Assembly (NCBI GenBank): GCA_965250285.1 | Contig: OZ252299.1 | Coordinates: forward strand, 3,040,001-3,104,000 | Source of the DNA: Myxococcota bacterium | GTDB lineage: Bacteria > Myxococcota_A > UBA9160 > UBA4427 | Length of the DNA stretch: 64,000 bases | Reading direction: 5' to 3' | Shown here: in pieces, positions 39,061 through 48,774 of the stretch | Numbering within the stretch: position 1 is the stretch's first letter | Layout of the letters: every line of letters begins with the position of its first letter | The notes under the pieces: model-generated | Databases searched by the model: none | What the model was told of the DNA's origin: nothing | What the model saw: only the letters and a program-made list of their open reading frames with translations | Made by a program: the position numbers and the translations under genes

Positions 39061-39951
39061 ATGGGTGTTCTCGAGGGACGCGGCGCCGTCGTCACCGGCG
39101 GTGGCCGGGGCATCGGCCGTGGGCACTGCCTGCACCTCGCCGAGCAGGGCGCGGGGGTCATCGTCAACGACATCGATCTCGAGGCCGCCAAGGAGGTGGT
39201 CGAGGAGATCACCAAGGCCGGCGGCAAGGCCGAGCCCGATACGAGCGACATCTCGAGCCGTGACGGCGCGGCCGCCCTCGTCGGTCACTGCGTCGACAGC
39301 TTCGGCAACATCCAGGCCGTGGTGAACAACGCCGGGAACGTGCGCGACCGGTCGTTCCTCAAGATGAGCGACGACGACTTCATGAGCGTGCTCAAGGTGC
39401 ACCAGTTCGGCACGTTCGCCGTGAGCCAGGAGGGCGCCCAGCGCATGCGCGAGCAGGGCACCGGCGGCTCGATCGTGAACACGGTCTCGGCGGCCCACTT
39501 CGGCAACTTCGGCCAGACGAACTACGCGGGCAGCAAGGGCGCCATCGCGTCGATGACCTACACGTGGGCGCTCGAGCTCGCTCGCTATGGCATTCGCGTG
39601 AACGCGATCAGCCCGACCGGCACGACGCGCATGAGCGCCACGTACAAGGGCCCCGACGGCAAGGACGTCGAGCTGCCCTTCATCGACCCGACGCGCAACG
39701 GCGCCTTCGTCGCCTACCTCTGCAGCGACGCCGCGAAGTGGATCAGTGGCCAGATCTTCGGCACAGGCGGCGAGCGCGTCGTCATGCTGAAGCAGCCGAC
39801 GTATGGCACCGGGATCTACAAGACGGGCGGATGGGGCGTCGACGATCTGGTCGAGAGCTTCGAGCAGATGATGAAGAAAGAGATGGAGCCCGTCGGCCTG
39901 ATGAAGAACCCCTACCCCTTCTACGACGGCGTCGAGCCGAAGGCCAAGTAG
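39061..39951 (+). CDS. SDR (3-hydroxyacyl-CoA dehydrogenase/MFE-2-like)
   Basis: TGGGRGIG, NNAGNVRDR, GNFGQTNYAGSK. Confidence 0.9.
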   Translation: MGVLEGRGAVVTGGGRGIGRGHCLHLAEQGAGVIVNDIDLEAAKEVVEEITKAGGKAEPDTSDISSRDGAAALVGHCVDSFGNIQAVVNNAGNVRDRSFLKMSDDDFMSVLKVHQFGTFAVSQEGAQRMREQGTGGSIVNTVSAAHFGNFGQTNYAGSKGAIASMTYTWALELARYGIRVNAISPTGTTRMSATYKGPDGKDVELPFIDPTRNGAFVAYLCSDAAKWISGQIFGTGGERVVMLKQPTYGTGIYKTGGWGVDDLVESFEQMMKKEMEPVGLMKNPYPFYDGVEPKAK

Positions 39952-40018
39952 AACCGGTCGGGCTCGAATGGCCGCGCACGGGCGCGGCCCCGCCCTCGGC
40001 TCATCACGGAGCGCTTCG

Positions 40019-41431
40019 ATGATCGGCATCCTCTCCTACGGCGCCTACGTGCCGCCCACCCGACTCCCGCTCGGCGCCATTGGCGGGCGCAAAGCGAAGG
40101 AAGGGGGCCCCGAGAAGGCCGTCGCGTGGGCGGACGAGGATTCGATCACGCTGGCGGTCGCCGCCGGCATCCACTGCCTCGAAGGCATCGACCGCGAGAC
40201 CGTCGACGGCGTGCTCTTCGCGACGACGACGCACCCGTTCGCCGAGAAGCAGGGGTCGGCGCTCGTCGCCAAGGCGCTCGACCTGCCGGCCCACGTGCGC
40301 ACCGCCGACTACACCGGCTCGCTGCGGGCGGGCACCGAGGCGCTGCGCGCGGGCATCGATGCGGTGAAGGCGGGCAGCGCAAAGCAGGTCCTCGTGATCG
40401 CCAGCGACTGCCGCCCCGTCGCACCGGGCAGCCCCCTCGAAGCCAACTTCGGGGATGGCGCCGCGGCGTTCCTCGTGGGCGAGGGCGACGCGCTGGTCGA
40501 GCTCGACGACTCGTTCACTGTGAGCGATGCCATCGTCGACGTGTGGCGCACCCGCGGCGACGACTTCACGCACAGCTGGGAGGATCGCTTCGTCGTGCAG
40601 GAGGGCTATACGCCCCGCATGCTCGAGGCCGTGAAGGGCCTGCTCGACAAAACGGGGCGCAGCATCGGCGACTTCGCGAAGGTCGCGCTCTACGGCCCCG
40701 ACAAGCGCAGCCATGGTGGCGTCGTGCGGGCGCTGCGCCTCGACAAAGAGCAGCTCGTCGATGCGCTCTTCGGCCGCGTCGGTAACGCCGGCACGGCGGC
40801 GGCGCCGCTCCAGCTCGCGCTGGCGCTCGAGACGCTCCAGCCCGGCGAGCGTGCGCTACTCGCAGGCTACGGCGACGGCGCCGAAGCCCTCGCCTTCTCG
40901 TCGCCGGCCGGCGCGCAGGGCGTCGCGCCGCGGCGCGGGGTGTCGTGGCACCTCGACCGGGGCCGCCCCGTCACCTACGACCAGTACCTTGCGAGCCGCG
41001 GCCTCAAGGTGACCGAGTGGGAGCGACCCAAGGACGCCGGGCTCTCGGCGACCGTGCACTTCCGCTACCGCGACGACGAGCTCTCGTTCAAGGCGCAGCA
41101 GTGCCGAAAGTGCGGGGCGGTGCAGTTCCCCGCGCAGCGCGTCTGCGAGACGTGCTTCGCGAAGGACGAATTCGACCAGATCCGACTCTCCGACCGCATC
41201 GGGAAGGTCGTGACGTATACCTTCGACTACTTCTTCCCCACGCCCGAGCCGCCGACGGTCGTCTCGATCATCGACGTCGACGGCGCCCGCATCCACATGC
41301 AGATCGCGAACGTGCGCGCCGAGGACGTGAAGATCGGTCTGCCCGTCGACTTCAGCTTCCGACGCATCCACGAGGTCGGCCACCGGCCGAACTACTACTG
41401 GAAGGCCACACCGGCCGAATCAGCCGACTGA
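40019..41431 (+). CDS. HMG-CoA synthase/KASIII-like domain fused to a DUF35 Zn-ribbon/OB-fold
   Basis: GILSYGAYVP, DEDSIT, GDGAAA, GNAG; C-terminal CRKC..FP..RVCETC + OB fold. Confidence 0.85.
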   Translation: MIGILSYGAYVPPTRLPLGAIGGRKAKEGGPEKAVAWADEDSITLAVAAGIHCLEGIDRETVDGVLFATTTHPFAEKQGSALVAKALDLPAHVRTADYTGSLRAGTEALRAGIDAVKAGSAKQVLVIASDCRPVAPGSPLEANFGDGAAAFLVGEGDALVELDDSFTVSDAIVDVWRTRGDDFTHSWEDRFVVQEGYTPRMLEAVKGLLDKTGRSIGDFAKVALYGPDKRSHGGVVRALRLDKEQLVDALFGRVGNAGTAAAPLQLALALETLQPGERALLAGYGDGAEALAFSSPAGAQGVAPRRGVSWHLDRGRPVTYDQYLASRGLKVTEWERPKDAGLSATVHFRYRDDELSFKAQQCRKCGAVQFPAQRVCETCFAKDEFDQIRLSDRIGKVVTYTFDYFFPTPEPPTVVSIIDVDGARIHMQIANVRAEDVKIGLPVDFSFRRIHEVGHRPNYYWKATPAESAD

Positions 41432-41476
41432 GCGATCCGCTTCACGCTGCCGCCTCCCTCACGCTCCGGAGATCCG

Positions 41477-42280
41477 ATGACCTTCGAGACCCTGCTCTAC
41501 GACGTCGAAGACGGTGTGGCCACCGTGACGCTCAACCGCCCCGAGCGACACAATGCGTTCAACGAGAAGATGGCCGGCGAGCTGAAGACGGCCTGGCACG
41601 CCATCCAGACGAGCCCCGACGTCGTGTGCGCCATCGTGACGGGCAGCGGCGAGAAGGCCTTCTGCACCGGCATGGACGTGATGGACATCGCCTCGGGCGA
41701 TGCCCAGGGCAGCGGGCGCGTCCCCCGCGACGAAGCGCCGTGGAACCACCTGACCGCGATCCAGAACAAGTGCTGGAAGCCCGTGATCACGGCCGTGAAC
41801 GGCATGGTCGTGGGCGGGGGGCTGCACTTCATCGCCGACAGCGACCTCATCGTCTGCGCCGAGCACGCCACGTTCTTCGACACGCACGTCAAGGTCGGTC
41901 TGATCGCGGGGATGGAGCCCGTCGGGCTCGCGCGCCGCATCCCGCTCGAGGCGGTGCTGCGCATGGCGCTGCTCGGTGGTAGCGAGCGCATGACCGCGGC
42001 TCAGGCGAAGGAGCTCGGGCTGGTCGGCGAGGTGCTGCCCGCCGATCAGGTGCTGCCGCGCGCCCGCGATCTCGCGAGCATGATCGCGCAGCACTCGCCG
42101 ACGTCGCTCGCCCGCACGAAGCGCACGATCTGGGAGAGCCTCGACAAGGGGCTCGAAGACGCCCTCGACGACACGTGGGAGCTGATCAACGTGCACGTCG
42201 ATTGCCCCGACCTCGACGAAGGCGCCAAGGCCTTCGCCGAGAAGCGCAAGCCGAAGTGGGCGCCCTACACCGGCGAGTGA
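41477..42280 (+). CDS. Enoyl-CoA hydratase/isomerase
   Basis: LNRPERHNAF, AFCTGMD, GGGLHF, FAEKRKPKW. Confidence 0.9.
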   Translation: MTFETLLYDVEDGVATVTLNRPERHNAFNEKMAGELKTAWHAIQTSPDVVCAIVTGSGEKAFCTGMDVMDIASGDAQGSGRVPRDEAPWNHLTAIQNKCWKPVITAVNGMVVGGGLHFIADSDLIVCAEHATFFDTHVKVGLIAGMEPVGLARRIPLEAVLRMALLGGSERMTAAQAKELGLVGEVLPADQVLPRARDLASMIAQHSPTSLARTKRTIWESLDKGLEDALDDTWELINVHVDCPDLDEGAKAFAEKRKPKWAPYTGE

Positions 42281-42320
42281 GCAGACCCGCCCTGCCCCCG
42301 ATCCACACGGAGACCCCGTC

Positions 42321-43061
42321 ATGGCCGAGTTCACCCTCTACGACGTGAGCGAAGGCGTCGCCACGATCACGCTCGACAACCCCGAGAAGCTGAACGCCTA
42401 CAACACGGTGATGGGCGACGAGGTGGTCGAGCTGCTGCGCGGCGCGCGCGACGACGACGCGGTGCGCGCGGTGATCCTGACGGGCGCGGGCCGCGGCTTC
42501 TGCGCGGGCGTCGACCTCGATCACTTGAAGGCCCACATGGCGGGCGCCAGCGCGGGCAAGGGGCCGAAGCTCGGCGAAGAGGACTTCCTCAAGAAGATGC
42601 CCCTCGAGATGATGGAGTACCCGAAGCCCATCATCGCTGCGATCAACGGCCACGCAATCGGTGTCGGCATGACCATGGTACTGCCCTGCGACATCCGCAT
42701 CGCAGCCGAGGGCGCCAAGCTCGGCCTCGCTTTCGCGAAGCTCGGCATCCTACCGGGGCTGGGCTCGACCCACGTGCTGCCGCGGCTGGTCGGCATGGCC
42801 AAGGCCCAGGAGCTCGTGCTCACCGCAAAGAACATCCTCGCCGAAGAGGCGGCCGCGATCGGTCTCGTGAACCACGTGGTGCCCGGCGACCAGCTGATCG
42901 AGACCGCCCGCGCCCTCGCTCTCGAGATCGCGGCGCACGACCCCGAGGTCGTGCGCTTCGCGAAGCGCGTGCTCTACGAAGGCGCCGGCCTCGACATGGC
43001 CTCTGCCATGAAGAACGAGCAGGAGCGCAGCGCCGAGCTGAGGGCGGCGCGGGGCAAGTAG
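42321..43061 (+). CDS. Enoyl-CoA hydratase/isomerase
   Basis: PEKLNA, GFCAGVD, PKPIIAAING, CDIRIA. Confidence 0.9.
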   Translation: MAEFTLYDVSEGVATITLDNPEKLNAYNTVMGDEVVELLRGARDDDAVRAVILTGAGRGFCAGVDLDHLKAHMAGASAGKGPKLGEEDFLKKMPLEMMEYPKPIIAAINGHAIGVGMTMVLPCDIRIAAEGAKLGLAFAKLGILPGLGSTHVLPRLVGMAKAQELVLTAKNILAEEAAAIGLVNHVVPGDQLIETARALALEIAAHDPEVVRFAKRVLYEGAGLDMASAMKNEQERSAELRAARGK

Positions 43062-43170
43062 TCGAGCCACTCGGCTTTCAGGCGACGGCGAAGCACCCCC
43101 CGGCAAGAGTCGCACCCAGCGAAGCCCCCCCTGGGGGTCGAACCGTTCGGCTGCCCCGTCCAGATTTCCA

Positions 43171-43180
43171 AACGATCGTT
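43171..43180. promoter_or_regulatory. Palindrome AACGATCGTT upstream of the P450 gene
   Basis: Perfect 10-bp palindrome just upstream of a possible -10 element (TACCCT, 43188). Confidence 0.4.
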
Positions 43181-43350
43181 CATTGGGTACCCTTGGCGCG
43201 TTCCGGGTCTCGGGTTGCGCTGAGCGGCTCGAGAACGGTGGCCACTTCAGGGCACCGTCCCACCCACCGATCTCGTCGGGCACGCCGCGTCGCTGCCAGG
43301 TCGCTGCGCGCCGCATGTCCGACCCACCGCCCCCGTCCCTCGAGGTAGCC

Positions 43351-44610
43351 ATGCCCATCGATCTCGATCAGCTCGAGCACAACATCATCCACCCCGACAC
43401 GTACGCGCAGCACGGGTACCCGCACGACGTGTGGACGAAGCTGCGCGCCGAAGACCCCGTGTGCTGGTGGGACAAGACCGATGGCATGCCCTTCTGGGCG
43501 ATCACCAAGCACGAAGACATCATCGAGATCGGCAAGCAGCCCGACAAGTTCATCAGCGGTCCGCGCATCACGATCAGCCACGAGCAGGAGCCGGCCGAGG
43601 ACGAGATGTCCGGGTTCCCGAAGACGCTGATCCAGATGGACAACCCGCAGCACACGGTCTTTCGCCAGCTGATCGCGAAGCGCTTCACGCCCCGGTACCT
43701 GAAGGCCGTCAGCCACGACGTCGAGGTGATCGGCGAGGAGATCGTCGACAAGCTCTTCGAGAAGTCTTCGGGCGGCGAAGGCGAGTGCGACTTCGTCGAA
43801 GAGGTCTCGGCCCCGCTCCCGATCGCCGTCATCGGCTGGCTGCTCGGCGTGCCGAAGGAAGACTGGCCGATGCTCTACGACTGGACGAATGCCATCATCG
43901 GCGCCGGCGACCCCGACTTTGCCGAAGGAGACATGTCGGCGGTCGAGCAGGGGCGCGCGAAGATCGTCGAGCTCTTCACCTACTTCGCGAAGCTCATCGA
44001 AGCGAAAGAGAAGAACCCCGACGACGCCCTCGTCACGCACTTCAACAACATGCGCGTCGACGACAAGCCCCTCGAGCTGATGGACAAGCTCGCGTGGTGC
44101 CTGATCATCACCGTGGCCGGCAACGAGACCACCCGCAACGCGACGAGCGGCGGCATGCTCGGCATGATCGAGAATCAGGATCAGCTGCGCCGCTGCCAAC
44201 AGGACATGAGCTTGCTGCCGAGCGCCATCGAAGAGATGATCCGGTGGTCGACGCCGATCATTCACTTCGCTCGAGAGGCCACGTGCGACTACGAGCTGCG
44301 GGGCAAGACGATCAAGAAGGGCGACCCGGTCGCGCTGTTCTACCCCTCGGCCAACCGCGACGAGGACATCTTCGAAGACCCCTTCCGCTTTGACATCGGA
44401 CGCAACCCGAACCGACACCTCTCGTTCGGCATGGGCGAGCACTTCTGCGTCGGTTCGCACCTCGCGCGCATGGAGATGATCGTCGCGTATCGCCACATCA
44501 TCCCGCGCCTGCAGGAGGTCGAGCTGACCGGACCGCCCGACCGGCTGTGGTCGAGCCTCGTCGGCGGCGTCAAGCGCCTGCCGATCCGCTACAAGGTCTC
44601 GGCCTCGTAG
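43351..44610 (+). CDS. Cytochrome P450 (CYP124/125/142-like)
   Basis: I-helix AGNETT, EEMIR, heme motif FGMGEHFCVG; GAGG RBS. Confidence 0.95.
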   Translation: MPIDLDQLEHNIIHPDTYAQHGYPHDVWTKLRAEDPVCWWDKTDGMPFWAITKHEDIIEIGKQPDKFISGPRITISHEQEPAEDEMSGFPKTLIQMDNPQHTVFRQLIAKRFTPRYLKAVSHDVEVIGEEIVDKLFEKSSGGEGECDFVEEVSAPLPIAVIGWLLGVPKEDWPMLYDWTNAIIGAGDPDFAEGDMSAVEQGRAKIVELFTYFAKLIEAKEKNPDDALVTHFNNMRVDDKPLELMDKLAWCLIITVAGNETTRNATSGGMLGMIENQDQLRRCQQDMSLLPSAIEEMIRWSTPIIHFAREATCDYELRGKTIKKGDPVALFYPSANRDEDIFEDPFRFDIGRNPNRHLSFGMGEHFCVGSHLARMEMIVAYRHIIPRLQEVELTGPPDRLWSSLVGGVKRLPIRYKVSAS

Positions 44611-44632
44611 GGCGTCGCGTCAGGGCGTCGCG

Positions 44633-45247
44633 TCAGGAAGACTCGTCCCAGGGCATGGGCGGGATCGGCCGGCCGAGCGCGCGCATCAGCAGCTCGAGGA
44701 ACCGGTAGCTGAGCCCCCAGAGCGCGAGCGACGGCGGCTCGAACACCTGGATCGCCGGCAGCTCGAGCGTCTGCCCCAGATACTCGAAGCCACTGACCGT
44801 GTGGTGTGTCGGTGCCTCGATGTCGGCGAGCGACATGAAGCGCGTCGCGTCGACCTCGTGGTTGGCGCGCACGGTGGGCCGCTCGCTCAGGCCATAGACA
44901 AAGCCCGATACGACGAGCGACGCCGATCGGCCCGAGAGATCGTCGAGCCGGCCCAGCGCCCGGGCACCGGTCAGATCGACGCCGACCTCTTCGCGGGTCT
45001 CGCGCACCGCCGCCGCGCGTGCGTCGGCGTCGGTGGCGTCGAGGCGGCCGCCGGGAAACGCCGTGTGGCCCGACCAGAAGTCGCGCGGATCGTGACGCCG
45101 CCGAATGAAGAGCAGATCGAGATCGCCGGCGTACTCATGCGGCACCATCACCAGCGCGACGCTCGCGTGCGACTCGAAGCGAGCCGCATCGTGCAGCACG
45201 GGCGGCTGCGCCCCGAGCGCCTTCTCGACCTCGGCCAGCGTCGTCAT
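44633..45247 (-). CDS. NUDIX CoA pyrophosphatase (NudL-like)
   Basis: SGHTAFPGG + Nudix box AAVRETREEVG, LWGLS; its ATG overlaps the ligase stop. Confidence 0.88.
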   Translation of the reverse strand: MTTLAEVEKALGAQPPVLHDAARFESHASVALVMVPHEYAGDLDLLFIRRRHDPRDFWSGHTAFPGGRLDATDADARAAAVRETREEVGVDLTGARALGRLDDLSGRSASLVVSGFVYGLSERPTVRANHEVDATRFMSLADIEAPTHHTVSGFEYLGQTLELPAIQVFEPPSLALWGLSYRFLELLMRALGRPIPPMPWDESS

Positions 45248-46773
45248 CAGATGCGCTTCTCTCGGCCCGCCCAGTAGCGCTCCTTGAGGCGGCGGATGTA
45301 GAGCTTGCCCGACGGGTGCCGCGGCAGCTCGGCCTCGAAGTCGATGCTGCGCGGCACCTTGTAGTGCGCGAGATGTGCGCGTCCGAAGTCGATCAGCGCC
45401 TGCTCGAGCGCTGGCCCCGCCTCGAAGCCTTCGTTCAGCTCGACCGCCGCCTTGACCTGCTCGCCCCACTCGTCGTCGGGGATGCCGAACACACCGACGT
45501 CGGCCACGGCGGGATGCTCCTGCAGGCAGTTCTCGACCTCGACGGGGTAGATGTTCACCCCGCCCGAGATGATCATGTTCGACTTGCGATCGGCGAGGTG
45601 CACGTAGCCTTCGGCATCGACCCAGCCGATGTCGCCGATCGTGAACACGCCCGGCTCGAGGTACGAGCGCGCGGTCTTCTCGGGATCGCGGTGGTACTCG
45701 AAGACGCGGTCGAGGTGCGCGTGGCGGCAATAGAGGTCGCCGGTCTCGCCGGCGGGCAGCCGATCGCCGTTCTCGTCGACGGCGAAGACTTCGAACGCCG
45801 CGAGCGTGCGCCCGACCGTGCCGGGATGAGCGAGCCACTCGTCGCTGTCGATCAGCGTGTTGACCCCGCCCTCGGTGGCGCCCCAGTACTCGACGAGCAC
45901 GGGGCCGAACCACTCGATCATGCGCGTCTTGACGGGGACCGACACCGGTGCCGCGCCGTGCAGCACGCGCTTCAGATCGGGGGCCGCGAACCGCGCCTCC
46001 CCGTCGCGCAGCCGAAGCAAGCGCACGAACATCGTCGGCACGAGATGCGTGTGCGCGATCTGCTTCTCGCGCACGATGTCGAGAAAGCCCTGCTCGTCCC
46101 ATCGCGGCATGATGACGATGGGCGCACCGTTCGCGTTGTCGTAGATCGCGAACATCAGCGGCGCCGCGTGATACATCGGCCCGGTGATCAGGTGCGGGCC
46201 GCTGCCGTCGAGCCCGACGTGGGTGCCGTTTCGCGCGAGCAGTTCGAGCCCCTCGCGCAGGGTCGACGGGCGGGCGCGCTTGACGCCCTTCGGTCGCCCC
46301 GTGGTGCCGCTCGTGTAGATCATGTTGAGGCCGGAGGGCCCATCGAGATCGGGCAGCTCAGTCGACGCGTCGGCGAGGCGCCCCTCGAGGTCGTCGCCGA
46401 CCTCGATCACGACCACACCGCCGAGGCGATCCGCGATGGCGTGCGCCTGGTCGGCGTGGTGGGTGTCGGTGAAGAGCACCCGGGTCTCCGAATCCTCGAC
46501 CACGTAGGCGATCTCGTCCTCGGCCAGGTGCCAGTTGATCGGGGTGATCCAGACGCCCGCGAGCACGGCTCCGAGGATCAGCTCGACGATCTCGGTTCGG
46601 TTCTGCATCAGGTACGCGACGTGCTCGTCGGGCGCGACGCCGAGGTCGCGTCGCACGAGGTTCGCCACCCGACAGCTGCGCTCATGCAGCTCGGCCCAGG
46701 TGCGCGTGCGCTCGCCGTCGTCGACGGCGATCTCGTCGGGCGAACGACCGCCCCCATGATGCTCGGCGAGCAT
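45247..46773 (-). CDS. Acyl-CoA synthetase (AMP-binding)
   Basis: YTSGTTGRPKG, YWGATEG, SGGVNIYP, GKLY. Confidence 0.93.
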   Translation of the reverse strand: MLAEHHGGGRSPDEIAVDDGERTRTWAELHERSCRVANLVRRDLGVAPDEHVAYLMQNRTEIVELILGAVLAGVWITPINWHLAEDEIAYVVEDSETRVLFTDTHHADQAHAIADRLGGVVVIEVGDDLEGRLADASTELPDLDGPSGLNMIYTSGTTGRPKGVKRARPSTLREGLELLARNGTHVGLDGSGPHLITGPMYHAAPLMFAIYDNANGAPIVIMPRWDEQGFLDIVREKQIAHTHLVPTMFVRLLRLRDGEARFAAPDLKRVLHGAAPVSVPVKTRMIEWFGPVLVEYWGATEGGVNTLIDSDEWLAHPGTVGRTLAAFEVFAVDENGDRLPAGETGDLYCRHAHLDRVFEYHRDPEKTARSYLEPGVFTIGDIGWVDAEGYVHLADRKSNMIISGGVNIYPVEVENCLQEHPAVADVGVFGIPDDEWGEQVKAAVELNEGFEAGPALEQALIDFGRAHLAHYKVPRSIDFEAELPRHPSGKLYIRRLKERYWAGREKRI

Positions 46774-46782
46774 GGCGTGCCT

Positions 46783-47238
46783 CTACTTCGGAATCTCGTG
46801 GTTCTGCGGCAGGCCGCCCTCGACGAACACCTGCTCTTCGAAGCGCTTCGCGATGCGCCAGCCCGCATCGGTGCGCACCAGCTCGTCGACGTACCACGCC
46901 CACACGGTGAACTGCTGCTGACCGCCGCCCTCCTGGGGGATCACCATCGGGTTGTTCACGAGGGTCTTGCCCTTCGCTCGATCGCCGTCGAGCTCGATCG
47001 TCGAGTTCGTGATCGCGTGAATCGTGATCGGGAACGCCGCGAGCGCCTTGTCGAGCCAGGCGCGCACCTCGGGGTATTTGCCCGCGATGCCACCGCTCGT
47101 CGTGTAATCGATGTCCGCGTCGGCCGTGAAGACGGTGTCGAGCAGGCTCCAGTCCTTGTCATCGATGGCCTTCGTGTAGCGGACGAGCAGATCGTCGATC
47201 TCGATCCGATCCGAAACCTGCTGGAGGGTGAGCGACAT
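46783..47238 (-). CDS. SnoaL/NTF2-like family protein
   Basis: DRIEIDDLLVRYTKAID, YVDELVRTDAGWRI. Confidence 0.88.
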   Translation of the reverse strand: MSLTLQQVSDRIEIDDLLVRYTKAIDDKDWSLLDTVFTADADIDYTTSGGIAGKYPEVRAWLDKALAAFPITIHAITNSTIELDGDRAKGKTLVNNPMVIPQEGGGQQQFTVWAWYVDELVRTDAGWRIAKRFEEQVFVEGGLPQNHEIPK

Positions 47239-47300
47239 GGGGGCTCCTTCTCTACCTGTGACTCTCGGGTCTCTTCGAAGCGCGGCGCGCGTCGCCGGGT

Positions 47301-48746
47301 TCAGCTCGGCAGGCGCGCCTCGCGCAGCGCCGAGCGCCGCACCTTGCCGGCGTCGTCGCGCAGGGGCTCGGTCACGAACTCGAACGTCCGGGGGATCTTG
47401 TAGCGCACGAGCAGGTCAGCGAGGTGCGCGCGCAGGTCGCCCTCACCCACGCCGCCGGGCGCATCGACGAGCGCGTGCACCCGCTGACCGAGATCCTCAT
47501 CGGGCAAGCCGATCACCGCGCTCGAGCGCACGGCGACGTGGGCGTCGATCGCGGCCTCGACTTCGGCCGGATAGACGTTGGCACCGCCGGTCACGATCAT
47601 GTCGGTCTCGCGGTCGACGAGATAGAGGTACCCGTCGGCGTCGACGTAGCCGAGGTCACCGAGCGTCTCCCAGCCATCCGGCGTGGCCTTGGCCTGGGCC
47701 CCCTTGTACGCATACGTCGAGCCCTGCCCGCCCGGCGGCATCATGTAGACGAGCCCGATCTCACCGACGGGCTGCTCCGCACCCTCCTCGTCGAGGATCC
47801 GAATCTTGCGGTCGCCGGTCGGTCGACCGACCGACCCGGGATGCTCGAGCCACTCTGTGCCCGAGATCATCGTGCCGCCGATGCGCTCCGAGCCGCCGTA
47901 GGCCTCGAAGATCTTCTCGGGGCCGAGCCACTCGATCCACGCCCGCTTCAGCCACTGCGGACTCGCCGCGCCGCTGCTCATCACGGCGTTCAGCGACGAG
48001 ACGTCGTAGCGGCGGCGCGTCTCTTCCGGCAGGCGCCAGATGCGTTGCATCATGGTGGGCACGAAGAGCACCCAGTCGACGCGGTGGCGCTCGATCTCGG
48101 CGAGGCACGCTTCGGCCTCGAAGCGCTCCATCAAGATCACCGTTCCGCCCGAGAGCAGGCATTGCCACGAAGTGATGAAGGGCCCTGCGTGGTAGAGCGG
48201 GCCCGCGGTGAGGATCGTGCCCTCGCACTGCATCAGGTTCTCGGCCGCCTCGGGGTCGACCTCGGCGGGGCTGCGATCGATGATCACCTTGGGGCGCCCC
48301 GTGCTGCCGCCCGACGTCATGGCCCGAGCACAGTCGGCCCGCTGTTCTTCGAGCAGGGGGCCGTCGGGGTCGAGCGAAGCGCCGTCCGGCATGCACGCCA
48401 CGTGGCCATAGCTGCCCGGAGCAGCGCCGACGAGCACCGCGGGGCGCGCCGTCTCGACGATCGCGCGACGCTCGGCTTCGGGGAGCCGAGCCGAGACCGG
48501 GTTCGGGGTCGCGCCGAGAATCCACGCGCCGAGACACGCCTCGAAGAATGCCGGCTCGTTCGGGAGCGCAACGGTCACCAGATCACCGGCCGAAACGCCT
48601 CGATCTGCGAAGGCCCGCGCCCACGCATGCCCTGCCCTCAGCAGGTCGTCTCGTGTGACCGTCCGGCCCCCGAACACGACGGCCACCGCTTCGGGCGCGC
48701 GCTCGGCCCAGAATCGAAAGGCCTGGCCGTACGACATCTTCGGCAT
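47301..48746 (-). CDS. Acyl-CoA ligase (BaiB/bile acid-CoA ligase-like)
   Basis: TSGGSTGRPK, YGGSE, GGANVYPAEVE, RDDAGKVRR. Confidence 0.88.
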   Translation of the reverse strand: MPKMSYGQAFRFWAERAPEAVAVVFGGRTVTRDDLLRAGHAWARAFADRGVSAGDLVTVALPNEPAFFEACLGAWILGATPNPVSARLPEAERRAIVETARPAVLVGAAPGSYGHVACMPDGASLDPDGPLLEEQRADCARAMTSGGSTGRPKVIIDRSPAEVDPEAAENLMQCEGTILTAGPLYHAGPFITSWQCLLSGGTVILMERFEAEACLAEIERHRVDWVLFVPTMMQRIWRLPEETRRRYDVSSLNAVMSSGAASPQWLKRAWIEWLGPEKIFEAYGGSERIGGTMISGTEWLEHPGSVGRPTGDRKIRILDEEGAEQPVGEIGLVYMMPPGGQGSTYAYKGAQAKATPDGWETLGDLGYVDADGYLYLVDRETDMIVTGGANVYPAEVEAAIDAHVAVRSSAVIGLPDEDLGQRVHALVDAPGGVGEGDLRAHLADLLVRYKIPRTFEFVTEPLRDDAGKVRRSALREARLPS

Positions 48747-48774
48747 CGTCGTTCGCTCGCGAGCCCGGGCGGGC

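Noticed and set aside
43168..43182. GAAC-N4-GTTT resembling a Gram-positive LexA box
   Set aside because: It lies upstream of a P450 rather than a repair gene, and no such site precedes polB; kept only as a generic palindrome
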